DNA of 64,000 nt from positions 21,655,365 to 21,719,364 of the forward strand of contig NC_092678.1 in assembly GCF_964355755.1 (NCBI RefSeq), written 5' to 3'. Shown here piece by piece: positions 1 to 19,660 of the stretch; position 1 is the stretch's first letter; each line of letters opens with the position of its first letter. Both the position numbers and the translations under genes were made by a program. Below the pieces are notes generated by a model that saw nothing but the letters and a program-made list of their open reading frames with translations, made no database searches and was not told where the DNA came from. This stretch comes from Antedon mediterranea. Lineage: Eukaryota; Animalia; Echinodermata.

Positions 1-284
1 TTTTTAAAAAGAAATATTTTTTTTTTAGTGTCCGATACACGAATTTAACTATATTAAATTTATATTTTAACCATACACCAATTAAATGGAGGCTTACAAT
101 TACATCTTGGCCTACCTGTATCTTATGTATCTCTGTATCCGTAACGTACAAACACATCTCTGGCGTCTTCGAAATTGAAGTATTTAAAGTGTAGTTTTAT
201 TGTAATACAGTTATTTTGGTATTTGTTCACTCATAACTTTTAATTAGTGTTTTTGTTGAAAAACGTATTGTCGGGACGAACCCC

Positions 285-456
285 ATGACGTCATCGAATT
301 ATACGCTTGATTTCACTCAAGGTCAACGCCAGCCAATCCGCGGCCTGTAGGCGCTCCCCATCACCACACACGCGATCGTCTACCATCAACTATTCCTTCA
401 CTACGAAAAGTTTTGAATAAAACCAGGTCGTTGATTTTCAAAAACAAGTCCGATTG
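285..456 (+). promoter_or_regulatory. Putative promoter and non-coding first exon of calcyphosin-like gene (palindromic CRE, CCAAT box, splice donor)
   Basis: ATGACGTCAT at 285-294, CCAAT at 333-337, locally CpG-rich, strong donor TTG|GTGAGT at 456/457 upstream of the first coding exon. Confidence 0.5.
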
Positions 457-1807
457 GTGAGTATTCTTTTATTATCTACGCTTTAACCGTAAACTAGACA
501 AACATTTATAGATCAAGGTTTGCTCTAAATGCCTAATTAAGTACTGTTTGATGTATGATTTCTAAGTCTATATTTTCCCCTGTCTCCCAGATATACCATC
601 CTTTTCACTTTGGGACGGAAACACCGTGCACACGCCCTTTTCGCCGGTTGTTTTGCTGGCACGCCAGCGGAAAAATCTAAACTGTTAACCCTGGAAATAA
701 TATTCGGAAGGAAGTTTGTAAACTGGATATTTCTGCATATATTGCACAGTATTTATTTTCCAGTTTGTGAATATATGAATAATCATATTCAATAGTTGAT
801 TTGCTGTGAATTTTTGTTTCAATTTGTATGAATAAGTAAGCTACTAGGCTAGACCTTTATTTTAGGCTAAACGGGGGCTAAACAATATATTTGAAAAGCC
901 GGCTGTAAAATAGACTGTCGTGATCTACTTCATTGTATTGGAACAAACAGATGGTATCGTCATTGTCATAACGTCTGAATCGTTTGATTGTGTCCATGCT
1001 AGGCTATGTTGATTAGATAAAAAAAAACAAAACAATTCCTAGCATGAAATTGTCAAACATTTGATTTTAGTTTAAAAATTAATGAGTACTGTAAGTGTAA
1101 AAAAAATACACTAACCAATGAACCCCCCAAATTGATGAATTCCTGCAGTAGATGCAATTAAATTAATTAATTATGTAGGCCTATATTGATTAGGTATATT
1201 ATTCATAAACATCCATCTCGGTCTGTGTAGTTATTTAACACCTTTGGGGAATTGACTGAGATGATGGCTGTGTTAAGCCGTCCTTCAGCTCTCTACACAG
1301 TAATATCATCAAGTTCATTTCTATATTAAGTGACTACAGTATTGATTATGGATGTCCCCACCATCTCAATCTGTTTTGTCAGTGTATTGTGTATCAGCAA
1401 ATTCCACAACTTTATGCATATTAATTCAGGGACTGAATTTTAACAGTAGATTTCATAGTAAATTAACAAATCATGTGAAATCACTTATTAAATATTAAAT
1501 TGTATCATAACAATAGGAAGGTCATGTACATAGTCTTTCTTAAGCTCTGTCCACACTAGTTTGACAAAAAAGCTACTACTAACTAGCATAAGTAGGCCTA
1601 CATGTATTTCTCTGGTTATCATAAGTAAAGGAATGCTAGGCCTCAAAAAGAGATTACAAAACGTTATACTGCAGTTATACAGTAGTACATGATTATCAGG
1701 CTGTAAAAATATGTTATACAGTAACACATTAAGTAATATAAACTGTTTTTCTATCATAGTGTGAATAGCTTTTCAACTTCTTGCTTTTAGATAAACAATT
1801 TTTAGCC

Positions 1808-9434
<7,627 letters not shown>

Positions 9435-11019
9435 ATGACCACCAATGACCATCAATGATGACCAATGACCATTGTTTGTTGTGCTTCTGAGGAAGTTTTG
9501 ATTCCATTATCTTGGCAACTTGTTGCTTTTCTTGCTTTAAAGGCAGCTATTAATGTTTTTATTATTTCGCATTTAAAAAAAAATGGCATTCCTTTAACTA
9601 CATTGTGCTATTCTCAAGATAAATTTTAGTGGATTTTATTATTAAGCGAACTTAAAGCCCTGTTAACATTGAACATTTTTTAAGTAGTTTATTTTAGCCA
9701 TAAAACGTTTACAAAAGAAACTTTTACTAAAAATAAAAAAATGATGTAATACCTGTGGTTAGCATCCTTGTTATTCCTGGTTTTGGGTTTGAATCATACA
9801 CAGTATCAAATACTGTTCACATGGCAGCTTCCAAGAATGGTGATAGAATTTAGTGTTGATAGAGTTCCGAAAAACTTGCTTTGTGAACAGGGCTTTAGTC
9901 AAATAAATTAGTAGGGTTTTAGTTCGATTGTCTGTGAATATTTCAGCATTTATTAGGTGCAATCATCATAATACTTAAATAATTATAATAATACGATGTA
10001 TAATAATCCCACCATCTATATTGTATGGTAGAGTAGTTAGTTTTAGAATACATATTTTAATTGATTTTGTATGTGAAACAACAATTATCTATGTAGGCTT
10101 TTTCTTGGTGTGAAACTTTATTAAAATACATAATTATGGTGTCAGTAATACTATAATGTATAATTAATTTACATACAATATTTGTTTTTTTTTTAGGTGT
10201 TTGCTCATGCGTACAGTACATTCCGAACAATTTGACTGTATTCATTTGAGCTTCTGATAAAATTTGAAACCATATACCCGATTCACACATACAAAATCGT
10301 TTAATTGTTGTGAACATGACAGTAGATCATTTATTTTTTCGTAATTTTGAACTAACTCAACAAGGACCGTAAAGAATGCCATTAAAAACCCTCGCACACA
10401 AATTTCAAACCTAAACTATATGCATAGAATTATCTCAGACGATTTTCTTGCATGTGTCAATCGGGTATTTTGCATTATGTCACAATGGGTGTCATTTATA
10501 AAAACAGTAATAATAATTATATATCCTATGGTAATGAGTTTAGAACTGTGTAGTTTATATTTCTATGGCAATGAATGCATTAGGAATTGTTTAAATGTAT
10601 GATTAAATCCCCAAATAATTTTTATCACCAGAAATCGGTTCTTGCCATAAATTTTTCTACAGTAAAATCATGCGTAAATTTTTCCAAATTTACGCATTCC
10701 TTCTATAAATTTTTCAAATGAAAAAAAACAAATTGTAATGTATCTTATAATAATATTAGTACTGTATTGTTTTAATATAGTCTTTCCAATCATCTTGTGA
10801 TTTTAATAAGAATAATTGAGAATTTTTAGGACCAATTAGCATAAATAACTTGATATTGAAGAATATACTATTGTAATAATAAAGAGAATTTTACACAGCA
10901 TTATATTCAGTCTTGTTGAAGACTTGGTAAAATCACTGTTGCAAGCTCTGTACCATTTTGGATAGCGCCCCCAATAGCTGGTTTTATTTAAAAACTTTTT
11001 ACAGAAACCTAACTATGAA

Positions 11020-11202
11020 ACGCCACAGAGCGATATAGTAGTTATGGTGCGCTTATAAATTAGTATGATTCTCTGCCGTCACGCCACAGAGCGATATAGT
11101 AGTTATGGTGCGCTTATAAATTAGTATGATTCTCTGCCGTCACGCCACAGAGCGATATAGTAGTTATGGTGCGCTTATAAATTAGTATGATTCTCTGCCG
11201 TC
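11020..11202. repeat. Perfect 61-bp tandem repeat x3
   Basis: Unit ACGCCACAGAGCGATATAGTAGTTATGGTGCGCTTATAAATTAGTATGATTCTCTGCCGTC starts at 11020, 11081, 11142. Confidence 0.95.
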
Positions 11203-11805
11203 ATGGTAATCGTCGTCACAATTTCTCGTTTTCAAAATATTCGCAATCGCCCTCATTGTAGTTGTCGCAATCGGTCTCGTTTTTATCTTCGAATTCACTA
11301 TTTTCTAGTCGACGTCTTCATTTATCTTCGTTATCGTTTTTTTTTTAACATTTTCTTCGTCGTAATATCGTCGTTCTCATTAGTTTTAGTTTCATCGTCC
11401 TCGGTGACTTTATTCAGAAACAAGTTTTTGAACTACATTATTCTTTTGTCTCGTTTCCAATCAAGTCTGATTTGCCTTTTTTCTTAAATAATTTGCATAT
11501 AATTATCTGGTATTCACCTTTCATTTTGCAGCCGGGTACATGCCGGTACCGAGTACGCTTTACCAACTGAGAAAAACCAAGAAAAGGACAACATTTTCGG
11601 TGAGTTTAGGAACTTTAATTCTCATTTTATTACCGACAATGAGGACAACGACGTATATAGACCAATACTTATTGGAGTGTACCACCATGTTTTACCTGTA
11701 TCTGGCATTTAAAGGATTTTATTTTTGTTCAAACGACAGTTATAACAAGCATCATCAAAACAACCAAACACAAAATGCAGAAATGCAAACGTCTTTTAAC
11801 TGTCT

Positions 11806-11948
11806 TGTGAATGCGATAGAGGGCGCGATTTTAACAAGACTTAAGCCCAATTAAAGTTACAAGAAATGTGAATGTGATAGAGGGCGCGATGTTACCAAGA
11901 CGTAAGCCCAATTAAAGTTACAAGAAATGTGAATCTGATGAGGGCGCA
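11806..11948. repeat. Imperfect 61-bp tandem repeat x2.3 (different unit)
   Basis: TGTGAAT(G/C)..ATAGAGGGCGCG...AAGCCCAATTAAAGTTACAAGAAA starts at 11806, 11867, 11928. Confidence 0.85.
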
Positions 11949-12066
11949 CGTTTGCGAAATACATTTTTTTTGCCAATCGTTCAGTCTAGTACGAAAAATG
12001 CTATAAATTAGTGTTTTACTATTCATAATATATAATAGCAAGAATATAATATTTCATTTGTACAGT

Positions 12067-12292
12067 CACCCGATATCGAATCGGAAAACGGACGAAATAC
12101 TACAGGCCTACAATATAGATTTAGCCTACAATATAGATTTAGCTTATAAAGCGCTTTTCCAAAAAATGACCAAACCGATCTGTCAAAATCACTAAATTTA
12201 CAAATGACATATAGCTAGCAAAGTTATTTCTGGTGAAAAATTCGTGTCTAGTGCACAATTCGTGTCTAGTGCAAAATTCGTAACAATGTAGG
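12067..12292 (-). pseudogene. Decayed GPCR gene fragment (TM3/ICL2 region)
   Basis: Blocks CACCCGATATCGAATCGGAAA.CGGACG, AAACCGATCTGTCA..ATCACTAAATTTACAAA.GACAT and GCTAGCAAAGTTATTTCTGGTG match 16623-16745 and 40209-40310 of the intact receptors, interrupted by small duplications; no ORF. Confidence 0.75.
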
Positions 12293-12690
12293 CTTTATTT
12301 ATGTTGCACGATCATTTTTACATAATTTATATCAGTATGTATTCACATCATGCGATTGACATTATTAATTATTAATAATTTATTATTATTATTACATTTT
12401 CTAACCCACCTTAAGTCATGTTTACATACAATACATTATTGATTCCAGTAGAATATACCTGAATGACAAAAGATATTAGTTGTTGTACTTTGTCAACAAT
12501 AGACTAATAACGCTAAATTACCATCAATCAGTCAAAGAGAGACGATACAACCTTACATAATGATACACCATACATCTTTCTAATACGTTGGCCGCTCGAA
12601 TGAAACACGAGAACCAAATTACCTAGCCTACGTCGCATACTTTGCCACTCGATTAAAACTCGATAGCTAAATTTCTAATTTTAAAGTTTT

Positions 12691-13623
12691 TCATGTCTTA
12701 ACGTTGCATCTACAGTTAATGATGGTATGAATCGAATTTTTGTATTCCTTTCTTAAGTTAGAATTTCCTAAGCTGTAAATGATCGGGTTCATCATTGAAT
12801 TCGAAAACAATAGTACGTCTGAAAACGTACCAAACCAGGCTGACCATAACGCACCGCTATATTTCAATACATAATATACTGCTCTCGGTGAAATACATAC
12901 AATAAACACTGCAGTAACTGCAGCAGTTATCTTAGACGCTTTCATGTTTAAAGTGTTGACGGGTTGACCGAGACGCGATGCTCTCTCTTTATTGTGCCTT
13001 CTCGCAATTATGAAAATATAGAAATGCGTGATCGAAATAATTGGTACAATAAGCAATAAAACCGTCGTATTTAAGTAAAGGAATACAAAATCTCCATATA
13101 TGGAATAAAGTTGGTCAAATCCGTCGCAGTAATTGTTGTTCGAGTCTGTGTAGTTAAAGTTGATGATGATGCCCGCGACAAATGTTACATTGTACGAAAG
13201 AATACCCGCGATAAAGCCTATAACATTACAAATGATGCTGATCCGAACTGCTCTCCCAGGTGTCATCCACACCTTATATCGGAGCGGGAACCGGACGGCA
13301 CAAAACCTTTCCGCTGTCATGGTCATTATATTCACAAGTGACATACAAAGCAAGATTTTCACGGGTGCAAAATACAATTCTGTACAATATCTTGTTATGA
13401 ATGCAATCGTTGCCAGTGGAACGCCAATCAATCCGGTTAGAAAATCTACAACAGCTAAAGATCCGGCAAAAATATTAACAGGTTTCTTAGCCATTGCCGA
13501 ATTTCGGTATAACGTAAAAAGAAAAATGGAGTTTGCCAGCAAAATCAGCAACACAATTGGAGCATAAATGTATATTAGAAACACATTGTTATTACCAGTT
13601 GTAGTCTCGTTAGCGGATTCCAT
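12691..13623 (-). CDS. Single-exon rhodopsin-family (class A) GPCR, orphan/chemoreceptor-like, copy 1 (310 aa)
   Basis: 7 hydrophobic segments; TM1 AN, TM2 SLAVVD, TM3 ERF (DRY variant), TM6 FIVCISP, TM7 NSMMNPIIY; N-glycosylation sequon NET at N-terminus. Confidence 0.93.
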   Translation of the reverse strand: MESANETTTGNNNVFLIYIYAPIVLLILLANSIFLFTLYRNSAMAKKPVNIFAGSLAVVDFLTGLIGVPLATIAFITRYCTELYFAPVKILLCMSLVNIMTMTAERFCAVRFPLRYKVWMTPGRAVRISIICNVIGFIAGILSYNVTFVAGIIINFNYTDSNNNYCDGFDQLYSIYGDFVFLYLNTTVLLLIVPIISITHFYIFIIARRHNKERASRLGQPVNTLNMKASKITAAVTAVFIVCISPRAVYYVLKYSGALWSAWFGTFSDVLLFSNSMMNPIIYSLGNSNLRKEYKNSIHTIINCRCNVKT

Positions 13624-14365
13624 TCTGTAATTTATCTGTATAGGCCTATCCGTATGAGATAAATCTGAATTTTTAATTTATATTATACCCGAGAGATGAC
13701 AGGTTGTTCATCAAATCAAATATTTTCAAGATTACCAGTACAATGCATTTAAAAGAACTGGTTTCGTAATAATAGAGTGCGCACTTTATTTCTGTTTTTA
13801 ATACACGATGATAACTCGACCGAACTTTATTTATGTTGCATAATTGAGTCATTTTCTCTACACTTGGTGACGTCACATGATTGATGACATCAGTGTATAT
13901 ATAACCAAACTGTCTGATGTACTATGTTAGCGATTGACATATTGTTATTAAATTTCACTAACCACTTAAGTCACTATTAATAATTACATTATTAATTAGA
14001 ATATACTTTAATGATTGACAATTATGACATAATAGCCTTAATTGTTATACTTTGTCAATAATAGTTGACACTATAATTATTACCATCATTCAATAAATGA
14101 GAGAGAGAGAGAGAGATACAAAGGTTTTAAAACTGCTTTACATTACCAATATATCCTCTAATATGTCTAAGTTGGTCACTCGAATTAAACTCGAGAACTA
14201 AATTACTTAGCCATATACGTACATCCTAAAACGTTAAACCGCTCGAATTAAACTCGAGGAATAAGCATGTCTAACCTTTGTATCCTGTTCACTCAAATAA
14301 AACTCAAGTGCGAACTTAATCAATGTACAAAACAACAATTTGTGAAACTACTACGATATATTTTC

Positions 14366-15295
14366 TTATATCTTAAAGTTGCATCTACAGGTAATAATGG
14401 TACGAATCGACTTTTTGTATTCCTTTCTTAAGTTAGAATTTCCTAAGCTGTAAATGATCGGGTTCATCATTGAATTCGAAAACAATAGTACGTCTGAAAA
14501 TGTACCAAACCAGGCTGACCATAACTCGTCGCTATATGTTAATAATCCATTATATACTGCTTTCGGTGAAATACATACAATAAACACTGCAGTAACTGCA
14601 GCAGTTATCTTAGACGCCTTCATGTTTAAAGTGCTGACGGGCTGACCGAGACGCGACGCTCTCTCTTTCATGTGTCTTCTCGCAATTATGAAAATATAAA
14701 AATGTGTGATCGAAATGATTGGTACAATAAGCAATAAAACCGTCGTATTTAAGTAAAGGAATACAAAATCTCCATATATGGAATAAAGTTGTTCAAGTCG
14801 GTCGCAGTCATTCGAGGTTGTGTAGTTAAAGTTGACGAAAATACCCGCGACAAGTGTCACACTGTACGAAAGACTACCCGCGATAAAGCCTATGACATTG
14901 CAAATTATGCTGATCCGAACTGCTCTTCCAGGTGTCATCCACACCTTATATCGGATCGGGAACCGGACGGCATAAAACCTTTCCGCTGTCATGGTCATTA
15001 TATTCACAAGTGACATACAAAGCAAGATTTTCACGGGTGCAAAATACAATTCTGTACAATATCTTGTTATGAATGCAATCGTTGCCAGTGGAACGCCAAT
15101 CAATCCTGTTAGAAAATCTACAACAGCTAAAGATCCGGCAAAAATATTAACCGGTTTCTTAGCCATTGCCGAATTTCTGTATAACGTGAAAAGAACAATG
15201 GAGTTTGCCAGCAAAATCAGCAACACAATTGGAGCATAAATGTATATTAGAAACATATTGTTATTACCAGTTGTAGTCTCGTTAGCGGTTTCCAT
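14366..15295 (-). CDS. Single-exon class A GPCR, copy 2 (309 aa), recent tandem duplicate of copy 1
   Basis: Same motifs; TM2-TM3 identical to copy 1; flanks also duplicated (e.g. 12355 vs 13932, 13624-13825 vs 15296-15450). Confidence 0.93.
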   Translation of the reverse strand: METANETTTGNNNMFLIYIYAPIVLLILLANSIVLFTLYRNSAMAKKPVNIFAGSLAVVDFLTGLIGVPLATIAFITRYCTELYFAPVKILLCMSLVNIMTMTAERFYAVRFPIRYKVWMTPGRAVRISIICNVIGFIAGSLSYSVTLVAGIFVNFNYTTSNDCDRLEQLYSIYGDFVFLYLNTTVLLLIVPIISITHFYIFIIARRHMKERASRLGQPVSTLNMKASKITAAVTAVFIVCISPKAVYNGLLTYSDELWSAWFGTFSDVLLFSNSMMNPIIYSLGNSNLRKEYKKSIRTIITCRCNFKI

Positions 15296-15404
15296 TCTGT
15301 AATTTATTTCTGTATCCGTATGAGATAAATCTGAATTTTTAATTTATATTATACCTGAGATGACAGGTTGTTCATCATATCAACGTTTTCAAGTTTACCT
15401 TCCT

Positions 15405-16015
15405 ATAGAGTGCGCACTTTATTAGTTTATATCCACAGTGATGACTCGAGAGAAAATTATAAAGTTTCTGTTAGGCCCTTATTGTAAAGAACCAGTTCAT
15501 AGAGTGCGCACTTTATTAGTTTATACACGATGATGACTCGAGCGAAAATTATAAAGTTACTGTTAGGCCCTATTGTAAAGTACCAGTTCATAGAGTGCGC
15601 ACTTTATTAGTGTATACACGATGATGACTCGAGCGAAAAGTGTTAAGTTACTGTTAGGCCCTTATTGTAAAGTACCAGTTCATAGAGTGCGCACTTTATT
15701 AGTTTATACACGATGGTGACTCGAGCGATAAGTGTTAAGTTACTGTTAGGCCCTTATTGTAAAGTACCAGTTCATAGAGTGGGCACTTTATTAGTTTATA
15801 CACGATGATGACTCGAGCGAAAATTCTAAAGTTACTGTTAGGCCCTTATTGTAAAGTACCAGTTCATAGAGTGGGCACTTTATTAGTTTATACACGATGA
15901 TGACTCAAGCGAAAATTATAAAGTTACTGTTAGGCCCTTATTGTAAAGTACCAGTTCATAGAGTGCGCACTTTATTAGTTTATACACGATGGTGACTCGA
16001 GCGAAAGTGTTAAGT
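15405..16015. repeat. 92-bp tandem repeat, about 6.6 copies, between GPCR copies 2 and 3
   Basis: ATAGAGTGCGCACTTTATTAG... unit starts at 15405, 15499, 15590, 15682, 15774, 15866, 15958. Confidence 0.95.
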
Positions 16016-16031
16016 ATTTATTGTTATTGTG

Positions 16032-16988
16032 TTACTCTCTACATTTACAGATATTCCGGGTCAGGATCCGGGTACAAAATAACTTTTTGAAATTTTTCCT
16101 GAAGGTGGAGTTTCCCAAACTATAAATTAACGGGTTTATCATTGAATTTGAACATATTAATATTTCTGAAATAGCGCCGAACCAGAACGACCAAAAGTGA
16201 TTGTTATACGAGTTAAAATCACCCAACAGGTAAACACCTTCTGGTATGATACATATAAGAAACATAATAATAATGGTTGTAGTAATTCTCGACGCTTTCA
16301 TATCAAACGTATTAATCTTCTGTCCAATACGCAGTGCTCTCCCCTTCATGTGTCTTCTGGCTATTAGAAAAATATACACATTCACAAACAACATTATTGT
16401 TATTATAACTGATATTGATAGTGTGTTGAAATAAAAGAATACGAATTCTCCATATATGGGATAGAGATTGTCAAATTGTTCGCAGTTATGTGTCAATGTC
16501 GAATGGTTGAAGTTCATTATTATTCCGGCTACAAATGTTACACTAAACGAAATACTACCTATGATGAAACCTATAAAATTACCAAAAATACTGATCTGAA
16601 CTGCTCTTCCTGTCGTCATCCACACCCGATATCGAATCGGAAACCGGACGGCATAAAACCGATCTCCTGTCATGATCACTATATTTATCAAAGACATGGC
16701 TAGCAAAGTTATTTCTGGTGCAAAATACAATTCGTAACAAGGTAGGTTTGAATCTTGTTTTATAAAACCGACGATCGCGAACGGAACGCCAAACAATCCG
16801 GTTAGAAAATCAACAACTGCTAAAGATCCGACAAAAATATTAACAGGTTTCTTAACCGAACTTCGGTAAATCGTGAAAAGAACGATAAAGTTGCTGAATA
16901 AAATTAGTAACATAATTGGAGAATAAATATATATAAAATAGAAAGGAATTGAAGGCTGGATGTTGTCAGTCTCATTGGTGTTGTCCAT
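16032..16988 (-). CDS. Single-exon class A GPCR, copy 3 (probable start MDNTNETD at 16988)
   Basis: SLAVVD, GDRFY, FLICIIP, NSMINPLIY motifs; start chosen by analogy with paralog N-termini (an upstream in-frame ATG at 17033 is possible). Confidence 0.9.
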   Translation of the reverse strand: MDNTNETDNIQPSIPFYFIYIYSPIMLLILFSNFIVLFTIYRSSVKKPVNIFVGSLAVVDFLTGLFGVPFAIVGFIKQDSNLPCYELYFAPEITLLAMSLINIVIMTGDRFYAVRFPIRYRVWMTTGRAVQISIFGNFIGFIIGSISFSVTFVAGIIMNFNHSTLTHNCEQFDNLYPIYGEFVFFYFNTLSISVIITIMLFVNVYIFLIARRHMKGRALRIGQKINTFDMKASRITTTIIIMFLICIIPEGVYLLGDFNSYNNHFWSFWFGAISEILICSNSMINPLIYSLGNSTFRKNFKKLFCTRILTRNICKCRE

Positions 16989-18577
16989 TTCTGCCGCTTC
17001 TTCTAGCCACACGGCAATTTTGTGTAATATCATCACCGTAGTGTGTGTAATTGAGTTTTTCTGATTAGGTTATCAAATATATAATACTAACATCAACATT
17101 GAATGACAATTAATTATTGATCAACTCTATCGGCAGTGAGGAGAGCAAGAGAATGACAACTGCCGGCGGTGAAGTTAGCCGTCTGAGCATCCAAACGATA
17201 ATTTAAATTAGCTAGGCCTTACGATGGTTAGACATATATCATCTTCCAATGATACTTCATTGATAGCTAACTACAATATTTCATAAATCATGCGACCATC
17301 TTATATAATATACATATATAAAGTATAATTGTGTGCACGTACTATGAATCATTATATTTATGATTTTAACAATTAATTTTTCAAATCCAATCTACTTTTT
17401 TGGATATTGATATTTTTGATTTGTATAGCAGTGATAGAATTTGCTGATCTAGTATTAATTCAAATGATTATTGTACAAGTATACTGATTTTAATTGTCTA
17501 AATTACAAGTTGATTCACGTATTTTTTGCGTTTGTTTATTATTATTATTGGTATATAGATGTTGTTTTTAATTATTCATTAGTAATGTATGTCCTCTCGG
17601 CCCAGGTGAACACAAAAAAAGATAGGAGATAAACAAACTATAACAAAATACGTGCTGGTTTTTTTACATCTTATTTCATTGTCAAATGTTACAGCTGCTT
17701 ACAATACGTTTCTGAATCATCGTTATGTAGGTTGTGATCTGTATATGTATTTAGATGTCATTTTTTATTTGAAATTCGAGGACGCAAGTACCAGTCAAAA
17801 ATATTGATTATTGGATTTCACTCCAAAGTTAACATAAGTGTTTACGTAACCCAATATATTTAGTCAGATTTTTGAAGTTACAGCACAAGTCGTTATTGTT
17901 GGTAATCATCAGAATGAAGATCATAATAACGTTTACGTTTATGATTATTTTTACGTTTGGCACTTTTCTTGTATCGAGCAGCAGCACAAACGGTGAGTAG
18001 CCTACGTTAAGACCATCCAAAAGATCAAGTGTTATTGCGAATCATTATTTCAAAACAGTACCAGTAGGCCTATTTTACAAGACTCTTGTAAAAAAAAAAA
18101 TGTTTTAATCAAACCACACAGGTGCTGTTTGTCCAGATCTGTGGCAACCTTTTGGTCGCAGCTGCTACAGATTATTTGAGAACCATCTCAACTGGGTTGA
18201 TTCTCTTGAAGTGTGTAAAGGCTATCAGGGAAGTTTAGCGACTGTGAATACAGTAGAAAAACAGACGTTTATAGTTGAAATGTGCCGCGGTATCTCTGAA
18301 GTCTGGATCGGGTTTAACGACATAGACGTTGAAGGTGTTTGAAAGTGGGTATCTGGAGCTGAAGATAACGATTTTAATAGTACGTACGGTATTTTTCTAA
18401 ATAATAATATGTATTTTTTGTTTTTACACAACAAGTTCTAAAACAACCAGCCCAAATACCATTCTATCAAATTATTAATTAAATTCATAATCATCTTTTA
18501 TTTATATATATATTATGTTAATAATGTTGAGACTGCGTACTACACCAACATTCATGTGTTAAAGTAGGCCCAATTAA

Positions 18578-18886
18578 AGATGTATTGTCTCCTTAAAACA
18601 TTTTCCTTACAATTCACATAATAGTTATTCTATTTGACCAAAAGTTTGGATCGGAAAAAACATTATTTACCTGAAAAACTGTAATTTAAAGCAATAATTA
18701 AATTGGCTGCCAGTGGGTTTTTTTGGTTGAATGTAACCATTTATGTTGTCATTTTATAAGTGAAAACAATATATTTTCTCGTTTTTTCTACGGAAATGAT
18801 TAAATTTATTAAAGCTACAAAATAACTTACCTAAAGTCTGATTTAATTAATCTTCATTTTCATGTTTTTTGGGGGACAATACATCT
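18578..18886. mobile_element. TTAA-flanked MITE (Kolobok-like), copy 1
   Basis: TIR AGATGTATTGTC(T/C)CC ... GGGGACAATACATCT; flanks TTAA/CTAA; second copy inverted at 51337-51663. Confidence 0.75.
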
Positions 18887-19514
18887 CTAACTAATATTTT
18901 TTCAAATTTGTAACCCTGTTTTTTTTACAGTGTGGTTTTCCACTGAGCCAAACGACCGTGATTGGGGCATGGTAAATATACAAGATCAGTATTCTGGAGA
19001 TTGCGGCACCGTGTTTGATTCACTTGATTCATTATGGGTGGATCGTAACTGCGTTCGATTCAACCAATTTATTTGTGAGAAAGGTACAGAAATAATAATT
19101 TTTTTTGTTAAACTTATTGCCTACTCTTCATTTAGTGCGTTACTATTAAAGTAGAGGGGATCCCCCCCCCCCCAATCCCCATTTTCCCACAAGGGCCCAC
19201 CGGAGGTGCTGACCGGTCGTTGGGGACCCAGAATTTTTGTTCGTACATAATTTTTGGTTTGTTTGTTTTTGTTTATTGCATGTATGTACTGTACATTATA
19301 TGGTTACCAAACTGACAAGACGCTTCTTTTGGAATACTATTGAATATTGTAAATGTAATTGTGAATAAATCTAGTATAACGCTAATGATTTAGACCTATT
19401 GTTAGACCTGAAAGATCTTAAATTTCGAAAAACATGATAGGTCACCTACGATACTGGAAACATGGTTATAGGGAACATGTTTTATGCCGATACACAGCTA
19501 GGTAATCATTACCT

Positions 19515-19559
19515 TTTTAATTTACCTCCGCCGAGGAGGTATGTGTAATCGATCGCGTG

Positions 19560-19594
<35 letters not shown>

Positions 19595-19660
19595 TTGTTT
19601 GTCTGTTTGTTTGTTAGCAGGATTACTCAAAAAGTAATAACAAGATCTTTACCAAAATGA
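19515..19660 (+). mobile_element. Helentron/DINE-1-like non-autonomous element fragment with (GTCT)n microsatellite
   Basis: TTT..TTACCTCCGCCGAGGAGG start hairpin, (TGTC)n/(TGTT)n, TTAGCAGGATTACTCAAAA; related copy at 58440-58640. Confidence 0.65.

Noticed and set aside
15405-16015. CRISPR-like regular repeat
   Set aside because: Head-to-tail units with no unique spacers, eukaryotic context, no cas genes; same for 11020-11202 and 58798-58993
13111-16703. Recurrent plus-strand ORFs overlapping the GPCRs
   Set aside because: Antisense shadows conserved only because the GPCR genes are duplicated; same for minus-strand ORFs over lectin exon 4
18340-18342. Selenocysteine or read-through TGA in lectin A
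   Set aside because: Aligns to Trp not Cys and no SECIS recognised; simple nonsense mutation is more parsimonious
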